From IMG/VR virus record IMGVR_UViG_3300028549_000287: a stretch of DNA of 36,493 nt; one strand, 5' to 3'. The position numbers and the translations under genes were made by a program. This DNA is from a virus. This document shows, piece after piece, positions 25,284 through 33,715 of the stretch; position 1 is the stretch's first letter, and each line of letters begins with the position of its first letter. The notes under the pieces are model-generated. The model had not been told where the DNA came from, did no database searches, and saw nothing but the letters and a program-made list of their open reading frames with translations.

Positions 25284-25657
25284 TACGGCTTCAAAATAAT
25301 CTCAACTTACTGTATTCGTTTATTGTTGGAGCGATACCGGTAATTGTTGCAGTTTTCTGGATTGGCAGGGCTTATGTTTCTCGAAAAGAAATGAACGATT
25401 TGCTTGATAAAAAACTGGATAAAACAAGATTTGACTACTTCTACGAGGAAGTAATGGGACGCATTGATGAAAATAAGGCTGCAAATGAGATGCAACACAG
25501 GCTATTGCTTGAAGATATAAAGGATAGCCGGAACGTGAATAAAGAGACGCTTGACAAACTGATTATATTTTCAGAGAAAATAAGCATATTATCAGAAAAA
25601 TTAGCTGTGGTGGCAAACAACACGAGTTGGATTAAGGGTAAAATTGACAAACACTAG
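25280..25657 (+). CDS. N-terminally anchored coiled-coil protein
   Basis: ATGA overlap at 25280. A TM helix LLYSFIVGAIPVIVAVFWIG is followed by a charged helical region. Confidence 0.55.
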   Translation: MIRLQNNLNLLYSFIVGAIPVIVAVFWIGRAYVSRKEMNDLLDKKLDKTRFDYFYEEVMGRIDENKAANEMQHRLLLEDIKDSRNVNKETLDKLIIFSEKISILSEKLAVVANNTSWIKGKIDKH

Positions 25658-25662
25658 ATATT

Positions 25663-25992
25663 ATGGAATCACTACCAAGGGGAATACAAACACCATTTAC
25701 TTTTGTTACCGATTCGGAATTTGAGAACGTGGTTGCATACTTCGTTAAATCGGATAACGAGAAAGTATTGGCTAAATTTGCTTATCCAGCATTAACCGGC
25801 CATATCACTCTCACTAAGGTGGATGCGTTACATTATTCAGGTGTATTGCTTTCAGACGCAACAGTAAATGAAGCAACAGGCAAGGTTCGTATTGACGTTA
25901 AGGCTTTTGTAAACGGAAATTATCACCCAATCGGAAGCGCAAATATAACCGCAATTCAAAATAATACCGTTGGAGGTGTAGAAAAATGGTAA
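25663..25992 (+). CDS. Hypothetical protein
   Basis: Track ORF, coupled to the next gene. Confidence 0.55.
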   Translation: MESLPRGIQTPFTFVTDSEFENVVAYFVKSDNEKVLAKFAYPALTGHITLTKVDALHYSGVLLSDATVNEATGKVRIDVKAFVNGNYHPIGSANITAIQNNTVGGVEKW

Positions 25993-26861
25993 CAGAAGTA
26001 ACAATTAGCGGAGGCATAGCAGTAACGGCCAATTTTGATGGCAGTTCAATAGCCGTTAGTATATCGTTGTCGGCTCCTTTAAGTGTTACCGTTACTTTAG
26101 GTTTTGGGAATGACCCAACTTCGATACCTCACAATTTACTTACTGGTCGCGATGTTGTAGGCGCGCATACAATTGCTGCGACTACTGGATTGACTACCGC
26201 TTTAAATTCAAAGCAAGATGCACCTGTTAACGATGCTTCGAGTTTCTACGGCTTTGTCCGTTCAACGCTATTGACCGGAATTGCCGCCTTTACCGATGCG
26301 GCAATAGTAGCGGGTGACTCAATACTCTTAGCATTTGCCAAGTTGCAAGGGCAGGTTAATGCGGTTAAAGTTAGGATTGGAGTATTAGAAGATACTGCAA
26401 TTTTCGACTTAACTACAGCTGTTGACGCTGTATCAGTTGTTATTACCACTGACATTAATGGTAATCCTTTGAGCCTAACTGATGGGATTTATTGCATTTA
26501 TAGAAATTCATACGAAGGAGGGAACAGCGCCAGAACAAATCCTAATACCTACTATATAAACGATATAACTACTGATGTATTTAATCAAATACAGGTAGTT
26601 GCAGGATATAACGGAATAAATCATAGGGGAGGTGGGTTATTGTCTAACTCTGAAATTACTATAACTATAAATGATGGAGTAATATCGTGGATTGGTTCTA
26701 ACTCAGGATTTGACACTTCCGGCTCGGTTGGAGTTATATCTGCTGGATATTCTATTAAGGCTCTAATTGATATTCCATCAATTACAAAAATAACAGTAAA
26801 AGATTTAAATGGTAACGTTGCAATAAAAGCAGGGACTCGATTCGTTTTAAAGAAAGTATAA
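25986..26861 (+). CDS. Second fibre/receptor-binding-like protein
   Basis: IPHNLLTGRDVVGAHTIAATTGLTTALNSK resembles fibre-shaft motifs seen in phage fibres. The sequence is Ser/Thr/Gly-rich. Confidence 0.45.
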   Translation: MVTEVTISGGIAVTANFDGSSIAVSISLSAPLSVTVTLGFGNDPTSIPHNLLTGRDVVGAHTIAATTGLTTALNSKQDAPVNDASSFYGFVRSTLLTGIAAFTDAAIVAGDSILLAFAKLQGQVNAVKVRIGVLEDTAIFDLTTAVDAVSVVITTDINGNPLSLTDGIYCIYRNSYEGGNSARTNPNTYYINDITTDVFNQIQVVAGYNGINHRGGGLLSNSEITITINDGVISWIGSNSGFDTSGSVGVISAGYSIKALIDIPSITKITVKDLNGNVAIKAGTRFVLKKV

Positions 26862-27190
26862 TGAAAAAGGCTATAACTAATGACAATGGGGAGTTTGAAT
26901 ATATCGAACTAACCGCGCTCGAAGTTGCAGAAATCGAAGCCAAACGCCTCGCCGAAATTGAAGCCTCATGGCTGCACAAGAATAGGCCGGTTAGGGCGTT
27001 CCTAATGGATTGCGATTACGTTGCGCTGCTTATCGACTATCCAGAATTTGCAATGTTACGGGCTGAGTTGAACATCCCAACGGAAGCCATCAACGGCGGC
27101 AATAACCTCTACTTCGAATACCTGAACCATCAAGACCAATTCCTTTTAGAATACTTTGGAGGGGTAATTGAATACTACGCGCCGTTATGA
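26861..27190 (+). CDS. Hypothetical protein (fibre chaperone candidate by position)
   Basis: TAATG overlap. Confidence 0.5.
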   Translation: MKKAITNDNGEFEYIELTALEVAEIEAKRLAEIEASWLHKNRPVRAFLMDCDYVALLIDYPEFAMLRAELNIPTEAINGGNNLYFEYLNHQDQFLLEYFGGVIEYYAPL

Positions 27191-27675
27191 ATACACCGCT
27201 GACGATTGGAACCGCTATAATAGTGCTATTTTTGGCTTATATTCTGGCTAATTGGGGCGTTCTACCTAGTTTTAGTGCGGCGTTCTACAAAATAAAAAAC
27301 AACTGGCTATTTTCGGCTGTTCTTATTGCTTTCTCGTTGTGCATCGAAGCATTTGCAATTATCTATACCGATTCTATTCTACTTAAACTTGCTCCGATTG
27401 GCTTAATCGTTGTTGCTTTTGCACCAAGATTCAAAGAAAAACGCTCTGAAGTTGTGCATTTTATCGGAGCAGGGTTCGGGATTAGCTTAGGTTTGCTGTC
27501 TTTATGGATAGACTTTGGTTTGTGGTGGATTGATATTATCGCATTGACCCTATTTTTAGTCATAAAACTGAGCAATTCGAAGAACGCGCTATGGTGGGGT
27601 GAGATTATTGCTATATTTGCGATTATTGGAGGGCTATTTTTAGGCTACAATTCACGAAAAACTAAGAAGAAATGA
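27187..27675 (+). CDS. Multi-pass membrane protein (about 5 TM)
   Basis: Hydrophobic throughout. ATGA overlaps on both sides, directly upstream of the endolysin. Confidence 0.6.
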   Translation: MNTPLTIGTAIIVLFLAYILANWGVLPSFSAAFYKIKNNWLFSAVLIAFSLCIEAFAIIYTDSILLKLAPIGLIVVAFAPRFKEKRSEVVHFIGAGFGISLGLLSLWIDFGLWWIDIIALTLFLVIKLSNSKNALWWGEIIAIFAIIGGLFLGYNSRKTKKK

Positions 27676-28106
27676 CAATCGAAGAAGCAAAATCGACTAA
27701 AGTAGGGCAATATTTTACGCTGTGGGAGTTCTTGGAATCCGAAACAGCCGAAGAATTAGGCTTAATCGAGAAGCAATTAGCAATCTCACCAGAACATATT
27801 GAGAATATCAAGTATTTATGTGCAGAGGTATTGGATAGGCTGCGTAATCAGCTCGGCCCGATAGCCATAAATAGCGGTTATAGGTGCATCGAATTGAATG
27901 AGGCGGTAAATGGTTCAGCAAACAGCCAACACCGCATGGGTGAGGCCGCCGATATTGATTGTGTGGACAATGAGTGCGCTTTTAAATACATTAAGAACCG
28001 CCTTTGGTTTGACCAGAATATCAACGAGTTCAATTATAAATGGATTCACGTTAGCAAGAAAAGAACGGGCCGCAATCGAATGGAATCATTTAAACTACCG
28101 AAATAA
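27672..28106 (+). CDS. Endolysin, peptidase M15 (zinc D-Ala-D-Ala/L-Ala-D-Glu peptidase fold)
   Basis: FTLWEF...INSGYRCIELNEAVNGSANSQHRMGEAADI is the M15_3-type SxHxxGxAxD motif. Confidence 0.8.
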   Translation: MTIEEAKSTKVGQYFTLWEFLESETAEELGLIEKQLAISPEHIENIKYLCAEVLDRLRNQLGPIAINSGYRCIELNEAVNGSANSQHRMGEAADIDCVDNECAFKYIKNRLWFDQNINEFNYKWIHVSKKRTGRNRMESFKLPK

Positions 28107-28348
28107 TGGGTAAAATATTTGAGTTTATCAAAGACATGCTCTCAGGAAGAAGCGCACAAAGTAGCAAGCGTTTCAACGGGACTTACATAGCCGTAACTAC
28201 AACGACTTGCGCCAACGTTTTGATGTTCATCGTTGACCAAGGAACCATGTTAGCGATAATGGGGCTATTGTTTGCAACCGCGTTAACGCTGTTTGGATTA
28301 ACCACCATCGAAAAGAAGAAAGGAAAGGTAGATGAAAGCACTACTTAG
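28106..28348 (+). CDS. Holin-like small membrane protein (2 TM)
   Basis: 80 aa with YIAVTTTTCANVLMFIV and LAIMGLLFATALTLFGLTTI and a charged C-terminus. TAATG overlap with the endolysin. Confidence 0.5.
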   Translation: MGKIFEFIKDMLSGRSAQSSKRFNGTYIAVTTTTCANVLMFIVDQGTMLAIMGLLFATALTLFGLTTIEKKKGKVDESTT

Positions 28349-28796
28349 TATTTTGGCATTGGCGTTGCTTGGTTCCTGCGTTACCTACCAACGATGCACC
28401 GATAAATTTGGAGTTTACGGAATTGATACCGTCAAAGTTCCTTACGAGGTTCCTATAACGGTCACGGTCCTGGTCCCGGCGGATTCTACTCAAGTCGCTT
28501 TAGCCATAGATTCTCTTTTTAGGCTACAAAAAGATACCATTTACACGTTTAAAAGTGATAGTTCTAACTTGGTTATATCTTATTGGATAGACAGGCTTAG
28601 AAGGTTGCAAATTAAGGCCAATCAACCGCCGTTAATCATTCGAAAAGACAGCATAATTAAGGGCGAAACAATTTATTTACCGCCGAAATTGGTAGACAAA
28701 CCCAACAAATTGCAACGATTTTGGAATGAATACAAGTTTTATTCAGCAATTATTTTGCCTTTGGTGTTACTTTTTGCTTGGTTCTTCAAAAAATAG
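28332..28796 (+). CDS. Lipoprotein with a C-terminal TM helix; unimolecular spanin candidate
   Basis: N-terminus MKALLSILALALLGSC (lipobox Cys16). C-terminus YSAIILPLVLLFAWFFKK. Last gene of the lysis cassette. Confidence 0.5.
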   Translation: MKALLSILALALLGSCVTYQRCTDKFGVYGIDTVKVPYEVPITVTVLVPADSTQVALAIDSLFRLQKDTIYTFKSDSSNLVISYWIDRLRRLQIKANQPPLIIRKDSIIKGETIYLPPKLVDKPNKLQRFWNEYKFYSAIILPLVLLFAWFFKK

Positions 28797-28841
28797 CGTA
28801 AATTTACCACGGTTTAGGTCCATAGCGATTGGTTTAGTTTA

Positions 28842-28871
28842 GGGTTTACTCGAAAGGGTAGACCCTTTTTT
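28842..28871 (+). terminator. Rho-independent terminator ending the late operon
   Basis: GGGTTTAC / GTAGACCC stem followed by TTTTTT. Confidence 0.7.
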
Positions 28872-28946
28872 ATTTAGAATCAATATAAACTAGTCTATAA
28901 AGTGAAAATAAATGCAAAACTTAGCACCAATTAGAATAATAGCGCG

Positions 28947-28954
28947 TATATTTA
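28947..28954 (+). promoter_or_regulatory. Promoter-like -7 box (GCGTATATTTAC class)
   Basis: Lies in the gap upstream of the early-region ORF at 28998. Confidence 0.4.
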
Positions 28955-28997
28955 CATATCAAAACAAACGAAAAACAAACCACTAAAAACTACTACA

Positions 28998-29222
28998 ATG
29001 AAAAACTTTACATTATCAAACGGACAAGAAGTTTCAATCGAAAAATGGACAAACGGACATAACGAAGAAGTTGTAACCGTTAAATCGAACAGCAAAAATG
29101 TAGTTACTACATTCGCAGACGAATCACTTGAGGAAACAATTGAAACAGTTGTTTTCGAGGCAACTGAAATCGCAAAAGAGGTAAGGAGCGAATTAGCCTT
29201 ATTAGTTCACAACGAAAAGTAA
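28998..29222 (+). CDS. Hypothetical acidic protein
   Basis: Track ORF, first after the promoter-like gap. Confidence 0.55.
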   Translation: MKNFTLSNGQEVSIEKWTNGHNEEVVTVKSNSKNVVTTFADESLEETIETVVFEATEIAKEVRSELALLVHNEK

Positions 29223-29377
29223 TGAGAAACATAATAATAGTTACCCCGGCTCTTGAATGTTGGGGTAACTTTAAAAAACTTTGTAAGGCTAAAAATTGGC
29301 CATATCATTCGCTAAAGGAGCTAAAGTTCCCGATAAAATTCGGAGGGTTTACAATTGAAAAGAAACCGCTTAAATAG
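29222..29377 (+). CDS. Hypothetical protein, 51 aa (below the track cutoff)
   Basis: TAATG overlap. Translation is MRNIIIVTPALECWGNFKKLCKAKNWPYHSLKELKFPIKFGGFTIEKKPLK. Confidence 0.4.
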   Translation: MRNIIIVTPALECWGNFKKLCKAKNWPYHSLKELKFPIKFGGFTIEKKPLK

Positions 29378-29480
29378 AACGATTATAAACTATGGCAACA
29401 TGCTATAAAACACATCTTCTTTTGAACATCGAATCCGATTTATCCGTAAAACTTGCTAAACAAACCAACAAATAGAAACC

Positions 29481-29660
29481 ATGACAGACACAAAAAAATT
29501 AATCGAGAAGTGGAACAAGATGAGCCACGACGAACGCATCAAAGTTGGCGATGTTTGGATTAACAACCAATGGGACATGAAGGCATGGGACAAAGATTTC
29601 GATTCGCTTTCAGCCTATAAGCAATACAGAGTAATCACATCGCTAACCGAACGCAAGTAA
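29481..29660 (+). CDS. Hypothetical protein, 59 aa (below the track cutoff)
   Basis: MTDTKKLIEKWNKMSHDERIKVGDVWINNQWDMKAWDKDFDSLSAYKQYRVITSLTERK. Confidence 0.45.
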   Translation: MTDTKKLIEKWNKMSHDERIKVGDVWINNQWDMKAWDKDFDSLSAYKQYRVITSLTERK

Positions 29661-29748
29661 ACCACCACTAAACCATACTACCATATTACGACTTAACTTA
29701 ATTCTCGACAAACAAACCACGACAGCAACAGGGCGCGTTATCAACCAA

Positions 29749-29898
29749 ATGCTCAACTCAAATCGTGGTAACCATATCTTTTACTGCGATACCTGCGAAA
29801 CTAGCACAACCAAGCCCAATTTGGCTAAAACGTGCAAGTGTGGAGCAGCGTTGAGATTCATTCAGTGCGATAGTAAAAACCGACAATATAACTTTTAA
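29749..29898 (+). CDS. Zinc-ribbon-like small protein, 49 aa (below the track cutoff)
   Basis: MLNSNRGNHIFYCDTCETSTTKPNLAKTCKCGAALRFIQCDSKNRQYNF has CxxC...CxC. It replaces the antisense track ORF 29758-29979. Confidence 0.45.
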   Translation: MLNSNRGNHIFYCDTCETSTTKPNLAKTCKCGAALRFIQCDSKNRQYNF

Positions 29899-29901
29899 GC
29901 C

Positions 29902-30237
29902 ATGAAAACAATTTGTGAAGCAGCCATTGAATTTGAGAAAAAAGAAGGTGAAATAATCTATGATAAACACCTTTACCATAATCCAGACTGCAATTTATGT
30001 ATTGAATCATTTAAGGCTGGTGTAGAATTTGCTCAACGGTGGATTCCAATCGAAGATGAGTTGCCAGTTAAAACGTCGCACGGATTTAGCTACCTTGTTT
30101 TTACAAAAAACTCATTTGGTGATATTCTTTTAGAGCGGTTTGATTTTGAATACAATCACTTCACCGCCGTAAGACACGACTCATTAGTAAAAGGAGACGG
30201 GCAAGTATCGCATTGGAGACCAATTGAACTAAAATAA
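29902..30237 (+). CDS. Hypothetical protein (DUF551-like C-terminal half?)
   Basis: WIPIEDELPV...VSHWRPIE resembles DUF551-type phage proteins. The resemblance is weak. Confidence 0.5.
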   Translation: MKTICEAAIEFEKKEGEIIYDKHLYHNPDCNLCIESFKAGVEFAQRWIPIEDELPVKTSHGFSYLVFTKNSFGDILLERFDFEYNHFTAVRHDSLVKGDGQVSHWRPIELK

Positions 30238-30244
30238 ACGACTC

Positions 30245-30613
30245 ATGAAGACACTAAGAGAAGAATTGCAAAGCATTTCAGCACACACTGAAAGCAACCT
30301 ACAGGAAGCCGTAGCGTTCTTAACCGCCTCGCAAATTGGAGGTAAGAAATTCCTAACCGCTGAGGAAATTGCCAAAAAGATATGCCTTAAAGCATCCCGT
30401 TACGGCTACGAAGATTCAATTGACGTTATGCCATGCGTTCAAATTTTGGCCGATTTTACCGTGCATTATCCAGAGTTCGAGTCTTCGATTGCCGAGACCT
30501 ACATAGAATGGAAAGAGTTGTGTTTCAAGTTTGGAGAAGTTGACGTAAAAAACTCACCAATTGATTTGAGCGAAATCAAAACAGCAGTTGAAGAGTATTA
30601 CGATATTAACTAA
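30245..30613 (+). CDS. Hypothetical protein
   Basis: Track ORF. Confidence 0.55.
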   Translation: MKTLREELQSISAHTESNLQEAVAFLTASQIGGKKFLTAEEIAKKICLKASRYGYEDSIDVMPCVQILADFTVHYPEFESSIAETYIEWKELCFKFGEVDVKNSPIDLSEIKTAVEEYYDIN

Positions 30614-30628
30614 ACCATGCTCTACAAC

Positions 30629-30670
30629 ATACGCAATTGTTTCGATTCATTGATTCGATTGCGTATTTTT
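30629..30670 (+). terminator. Hairpin with T-run
   Basis: ATACGCAAT (30629-30637) / ATTGCGTAT (30658-30666) followed by TTTT. Confidence 0.5.
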
Positions 30671-30693
30671 ACAGGACACAAAACCTAAACAAA

Positions 30694-30897
30694 ATGAAAG
30701 ACAGAAAGCACGATTTAGACGAAGCAAAACAGCAATTGGCTGACTATATCAAGCAAGGTAACAAAGATGGCGTAAAAGCGTTCTTTTGGCTCGTCATTAT
30801 CGTTTTCTTGGTAGCCGTTGCAATTGCCATGCTGGTATTAGGAGCGGAACAAATCGACAAAGTATCCACCTTAATAGCCAACAAATTATGCAAGTAA
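30694..30897 (+). CDS. Small C-terminally anchored membrane protein
   Basis: ATG at 30694 is preferred because the track TTG at 30637 lies inside the hairpin. TM helix FFWLVIIVFLVAVAIAMLVLGA. Confidence 0.5.
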   Translation: MKDRKHDLDEAKQQLADYIKQGNKDGVKAFFWLVIIVFLVAVAIAMLVLGAEQIDKVSTLIANKLCK

Positions 30898-31235
30898 ATA
30901 AAGCAGCATATTCCGAGACGCTAAGTCAGTTTAGACCTACTGGATTATTCGTTTCGTTCGACGAATTAAATAATGTGATCGAGATAAAATGCACCGATAT
31001 TGACGCTGCGTTGAAAATGGTCGATCACACCGGATATGATTCAATCGGAGAGTTAGAATCTGAACTAAATGAAACATACCGCGCGTTGTGTGAACCACGT
31101 TACAACGTCATAACCTCGCTAGACACAATCGGAGAAGTTAACGCTTTCCTTGCAAAAACAGGTATCAAAGGCGTTCGAGTAACCTATAACGGCAAAGATT
31201 TGGATTTAAACGAACTTGAAAATGAAAACGAATAA
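30888..31235 (+). CDS. Hypothetical protein
   Basis: ATG at 30888 is preferred over the track start 30786, which would overlap the previous gene by about 110 nt. Confidence 0.5.
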   Translation: MQVNKAAYSETLSQFRPTGLFVSFDELNNVIEIKCTDIDAALKMVDHTGYDSIGELESELNETYRALCEPRYNVITSLDTIGEVNAFLAKTGIKGVRVTYNGKDLDLNELENENE

Positions 31236-32022
31236 CGTTGATAAAATATTCGAAATTTATCCAAACGTCTATATCCCTAACGTAATTATTGACTATGCAA
31301 AAGACACCGAAAGCAGCGTAATTGTTGATGGGTTAAAATATTCAAGAACAGATAGAGCAATGCTTAAATTTAACTCAATAGAAGACTGGAAAAAAAATCA
31401 CGACAACGTTAGTTACTGGAAAAAATCTGTCTATGATTTTTCTTTTTTAAATATTCCGATTATTGAAATATGGGATTATTCTGGATTTAACTCTAACACA
31501 ATTATAGACGCCGCGCTTGGCCGTTCAAATTGGAGCACGATTGAATTGCTTACAAAACAAGAATTTTATGATTTTGATAGGCTAATAGATAGAATGCAGG
31601 AATTTAAAACAGTCCCAACCAAGCATTGGACGGAATACCCAATAAGAAAAATAGGAATGATTGATAAAACAAAAATAGACTTTATAGCAAAAAACACAGT
31701 TTCCAAAACAGAGTCATTGTGTTGGCTATATCGAGATAATTGCATAACTATACGCATTCCATTAAAATTCATTACACTGGTTGTGCCGTTAAAGTATTTT
31801 TTAACACTAAATATCAGTGGATTTCCACTAGAAATACTAAAAGCTTTTAACGAAGATTGGATTGAAAAGGCAAAATGCAAGAATTGTGCATATCTAGAAT
31901 TTAATTTTCCAAAAGATATTCTCAGTAGACCGCTTTCTGAACAAGAAAAAATAGGAATACTAGTTGACTTTTTAAACCTTAAAATAAAAACCAAAAAACG
32001 TAAAAATTATGATGCCAGTTAA
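31222..32022 (+). CDS. Hypothetical protein, 266 aa, visibly AT-richer than its neighbours
   Basis: ATG at 31222 (the track uses TTG at 31216). No motif recognised. Confidence 0.6.
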   Translation: MKTNNVDKIFEIYPNVYIPNVIIDYAKDTESSVIVDGLKYSRTDRAMLKFNSIEDWKKNHDNVSYWKKSVYDFSFLNIPIIEIWDYSGFNSNTIIDAALGRSNWSTIELLTKQEFYDFDRLIDRMQEFKTVPTKHWTEYPIRKIGMIDKTKIDFIAKNTVSKTESLCWLYRDNCITIRIPLKFITLVVPLKYFLTLNISGFPLEILKAFNEDWIEKAKCKNCAYLEFNFPKDILSRPLSEQEKIGILVDFLNLKIKTKKRKNYDAS

Positions 32023-32239
32023 CACAAAATCAATGTTTGCAACGCTTTGCACTTGCATTGAAAAATTAGACAATGACGAAATAGACACTACAAAGGCTAT
32101 TGCAATGTCTAAACTTATCGGACAGGCGAATAATTTGCTTATCTATGAATTAAAGCGGGCCTCGTTAATGACAAACCAAGATTTCAAGCGCGAACATCGC
32201 AATTTAGAACTAAAAACATTTGACAGTTTGCCAGAATAG
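32009..32239 (+). CDS. Hypothetical protein
   Basis: Track ORF. The stop overlaps a 7-bp palindromic hairpin. Confidence 0.5.
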   Translation: MMPVNTKSMFATLCTCIEKLDNDEIDTTKAIAMSKLIGQANNLLIYELKRASLMTNQDFKREHRNLELKTFDSLPE

Positions 32240-32316
32240 CATGTTTCACAACATGCCAATCCAAGTCAGGATTAACCGATTAAAGAGTAATTTTACCGAA
32301 TACTAAACCGAATCAA

Positions 32317-32532
32317 ATGAAGACAAGAAAAGTTATCTCAAACAGCCCGACTAAATTGCCAATTACTGGCACGGTTCTTTATTCCTTCCTGCTTTATTAC
32401 TTCAATGTAAGCGGAATAATTATCGGAATCTTTGCAACCATTTACGCCATTTATTGGATTCTTTGCATCGTTGCAATTTGGAACGAAAAAAGAGTTGATT
32501 TGTTTGAAGAAAAAGCAAAAGAGCAAAAGTAA
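32317..32532 (+). CDS. Small membrane protein (2 TM)
   Basis: LPITGTVLYSFLLYYF and IIIGIFATIYAIYWILCIVAIW. Confidence 0.5.
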   Translation: MKTRKVISNSPTKLPITGTVLYSFLLYYFNVSGIIIGIFATIYAIYWILCIVAIWNEKRVDLFEEKAKEQK

Positions 32533-32554
32533 ATTGAACACTAAACCGAACATT

Positions 32555-33043
32555 ATGGACAACTGGAAAAAGTTAACCAATCCAGACTATTTAGGGGCCT
32601 ATTCGCTTGACAATGGAGACGGAACCTACAAGGAAATTACCGTTAAAATTGTAGCAGTTGGAACCGAAATTGTCAATTCTCCAGACGGTAAAAAAAGCAG
32701 TTGTATTGTTGCTAAACTGGAAAACAATAAACCGCTAATTTTGAATAAAACAAACTGTAAAGCGATTACAAAGGCATACCAGACCCGTTACATTGACGAA
32801 TGGGTTGGTAAGTGGATTACATTACAAGTTTCCTCAGTTAAGGCATTCGGAGACGTTACCGATGCAATTAGGATCGTTCCCTCAAAACCAAAACAATCAT
32901 TGCCTGAACTTACGCCTACTCATTCAAAATGGGCCGGTGCAATGAAATCGCTAAAGGCCGGGCAAGTAACGATTGAGCAAATTAAGCAATCTTACAACCT
33001 ATCAGAATCGAACCAACAGTTATTGATCGATGGAGTTATTTAA
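32555..33043 (+). CDS. Hypothetical protein, possible OB-fold/ssDNA-binding partner of the exonuclease
   Basis: ATG at 32555 is preferred over the track start 32432, which overlaps the previous gene. The ORF is coupled to the exonuclease gene, and function is inferred from context only. Confidence 0.5.
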   Translation: MDNWKKLTNPDYLGAYSLDNGDGTYKEITVKIVAVGTEIVNSPDGKKSSCIVAKLENNKPLILNKTNCKAITKAYQTRYIDEWVGKWITLQVSSVKAFGDVTDAIRIVPSKPKQSLPELTPTHSKWAGAMKSLKAGQVTIEQIKQSYNLSESNQQLLIDGVI

Positions 33044-33710
33044 AATAAGGGCCAGTGCAGCCGGGCAAATAATGCCCGGACCACGCGGTAATGTCGGAGA
33101 ATGGCAAGAAACAAATAAAACCTATCTCGACAAATGGTTAAAGGAGCAAATCTATAACAGGCGCAAAGAAATTACCTCGAAATATCTTGAAAAAGGTATT
33201 GAAGTTGAGGATAAGTCTATCGAATTTGCCGCCGAAATGCTTGATTTAGGCATGGTATTTAAAAACGAGGTTAGCAAATTAACGGAATACATAACCGGAA
33301 CCGCTGACGTTGTTTTGGAAAGTGAAGTTATCGATATAAAAAACAGTTGGGATTTTTCAACATTTCCACTTTTTGAAACAGAAATACCTAAAGCGTATTG
33401 GTGGCAATTGCAGTGTTATATGTTCCTTTACGACAAGCCAAACGCTAGGCTAGTTTATACGCTAACAGATACGCCAATTCATCAAATCGATGACGAAATA
33501 CGCCGCCAATCGTGGAAAATGGGATTTATTGAACCGCCGGAAGAGTTTCAGCGAGAAATTGAGCGCAATCTTACCTATTCAGACATTCCCGATTCGCTAA
33601 AAATCAAAACGTTCAAATTAGAGCGTGACGAAATGGCTATAGAGGCATTGATTGAGCGGGTAAAGATGGCAAGAGATTACATTGACCAGAAACTTAAAAC
33701 GCTACTCTAG
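33030..33710 (+). CDS. YqaJ/lambda-Exo-like PD-(D/E)xK recombination exonuclease
   Basis: FKIRASAAGQIM is a YqaJ-type N-terminus. GIEVEDKSIEF and GTADVV...VIDIKNSW give a D...D/E-x-K core. Confidence 0.65.
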   Translation: MELFKIRASAAGQIMPGPRGNVGEWQETNKTYLDKWLKEQIYNRRKEITSKYLEKGIEVEDKSIEFAAEMLDLGMVFKNEVSKLTEYITGTADVVLESEVIDIKNSWDFSTFPLFETEIPKAYWWQLQCYMFLYDKPNARLVYTLTDTPIHQIDDEIRRQSWKMGFIEPPEEFQREIERNLTYSDIPDSLKIKTFKLERDEMAIEALIERVKMARDYIDQKLKTLL

Positions 33711-33715
33711 TTTAG

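Noticed and set aside
22980-26861. Diversity-generating retroelement targeting the fibre genes
   Set aside because: No reverse transcriptase ORF exists, and I saw no template/variable repeat pair.
29758-29979. Minus-strand 73-aa ORF
   Set aside because: The + strand holds a 49-aa CxxC...CxC ORF (29749-29898) and the start of 29902-30237, both in operon register with their neighbours.
30786-30887. Long N-terminal extensions from alternative upstream starts (30786, 32432, 30637, 7505, 10841, 11326)
   Set aside because: Each extension overlaps the preceding gene or a hairpin. An internal ATG placed at or near the upstream stop gives the compact arrangement seen elsewhere in the genome.
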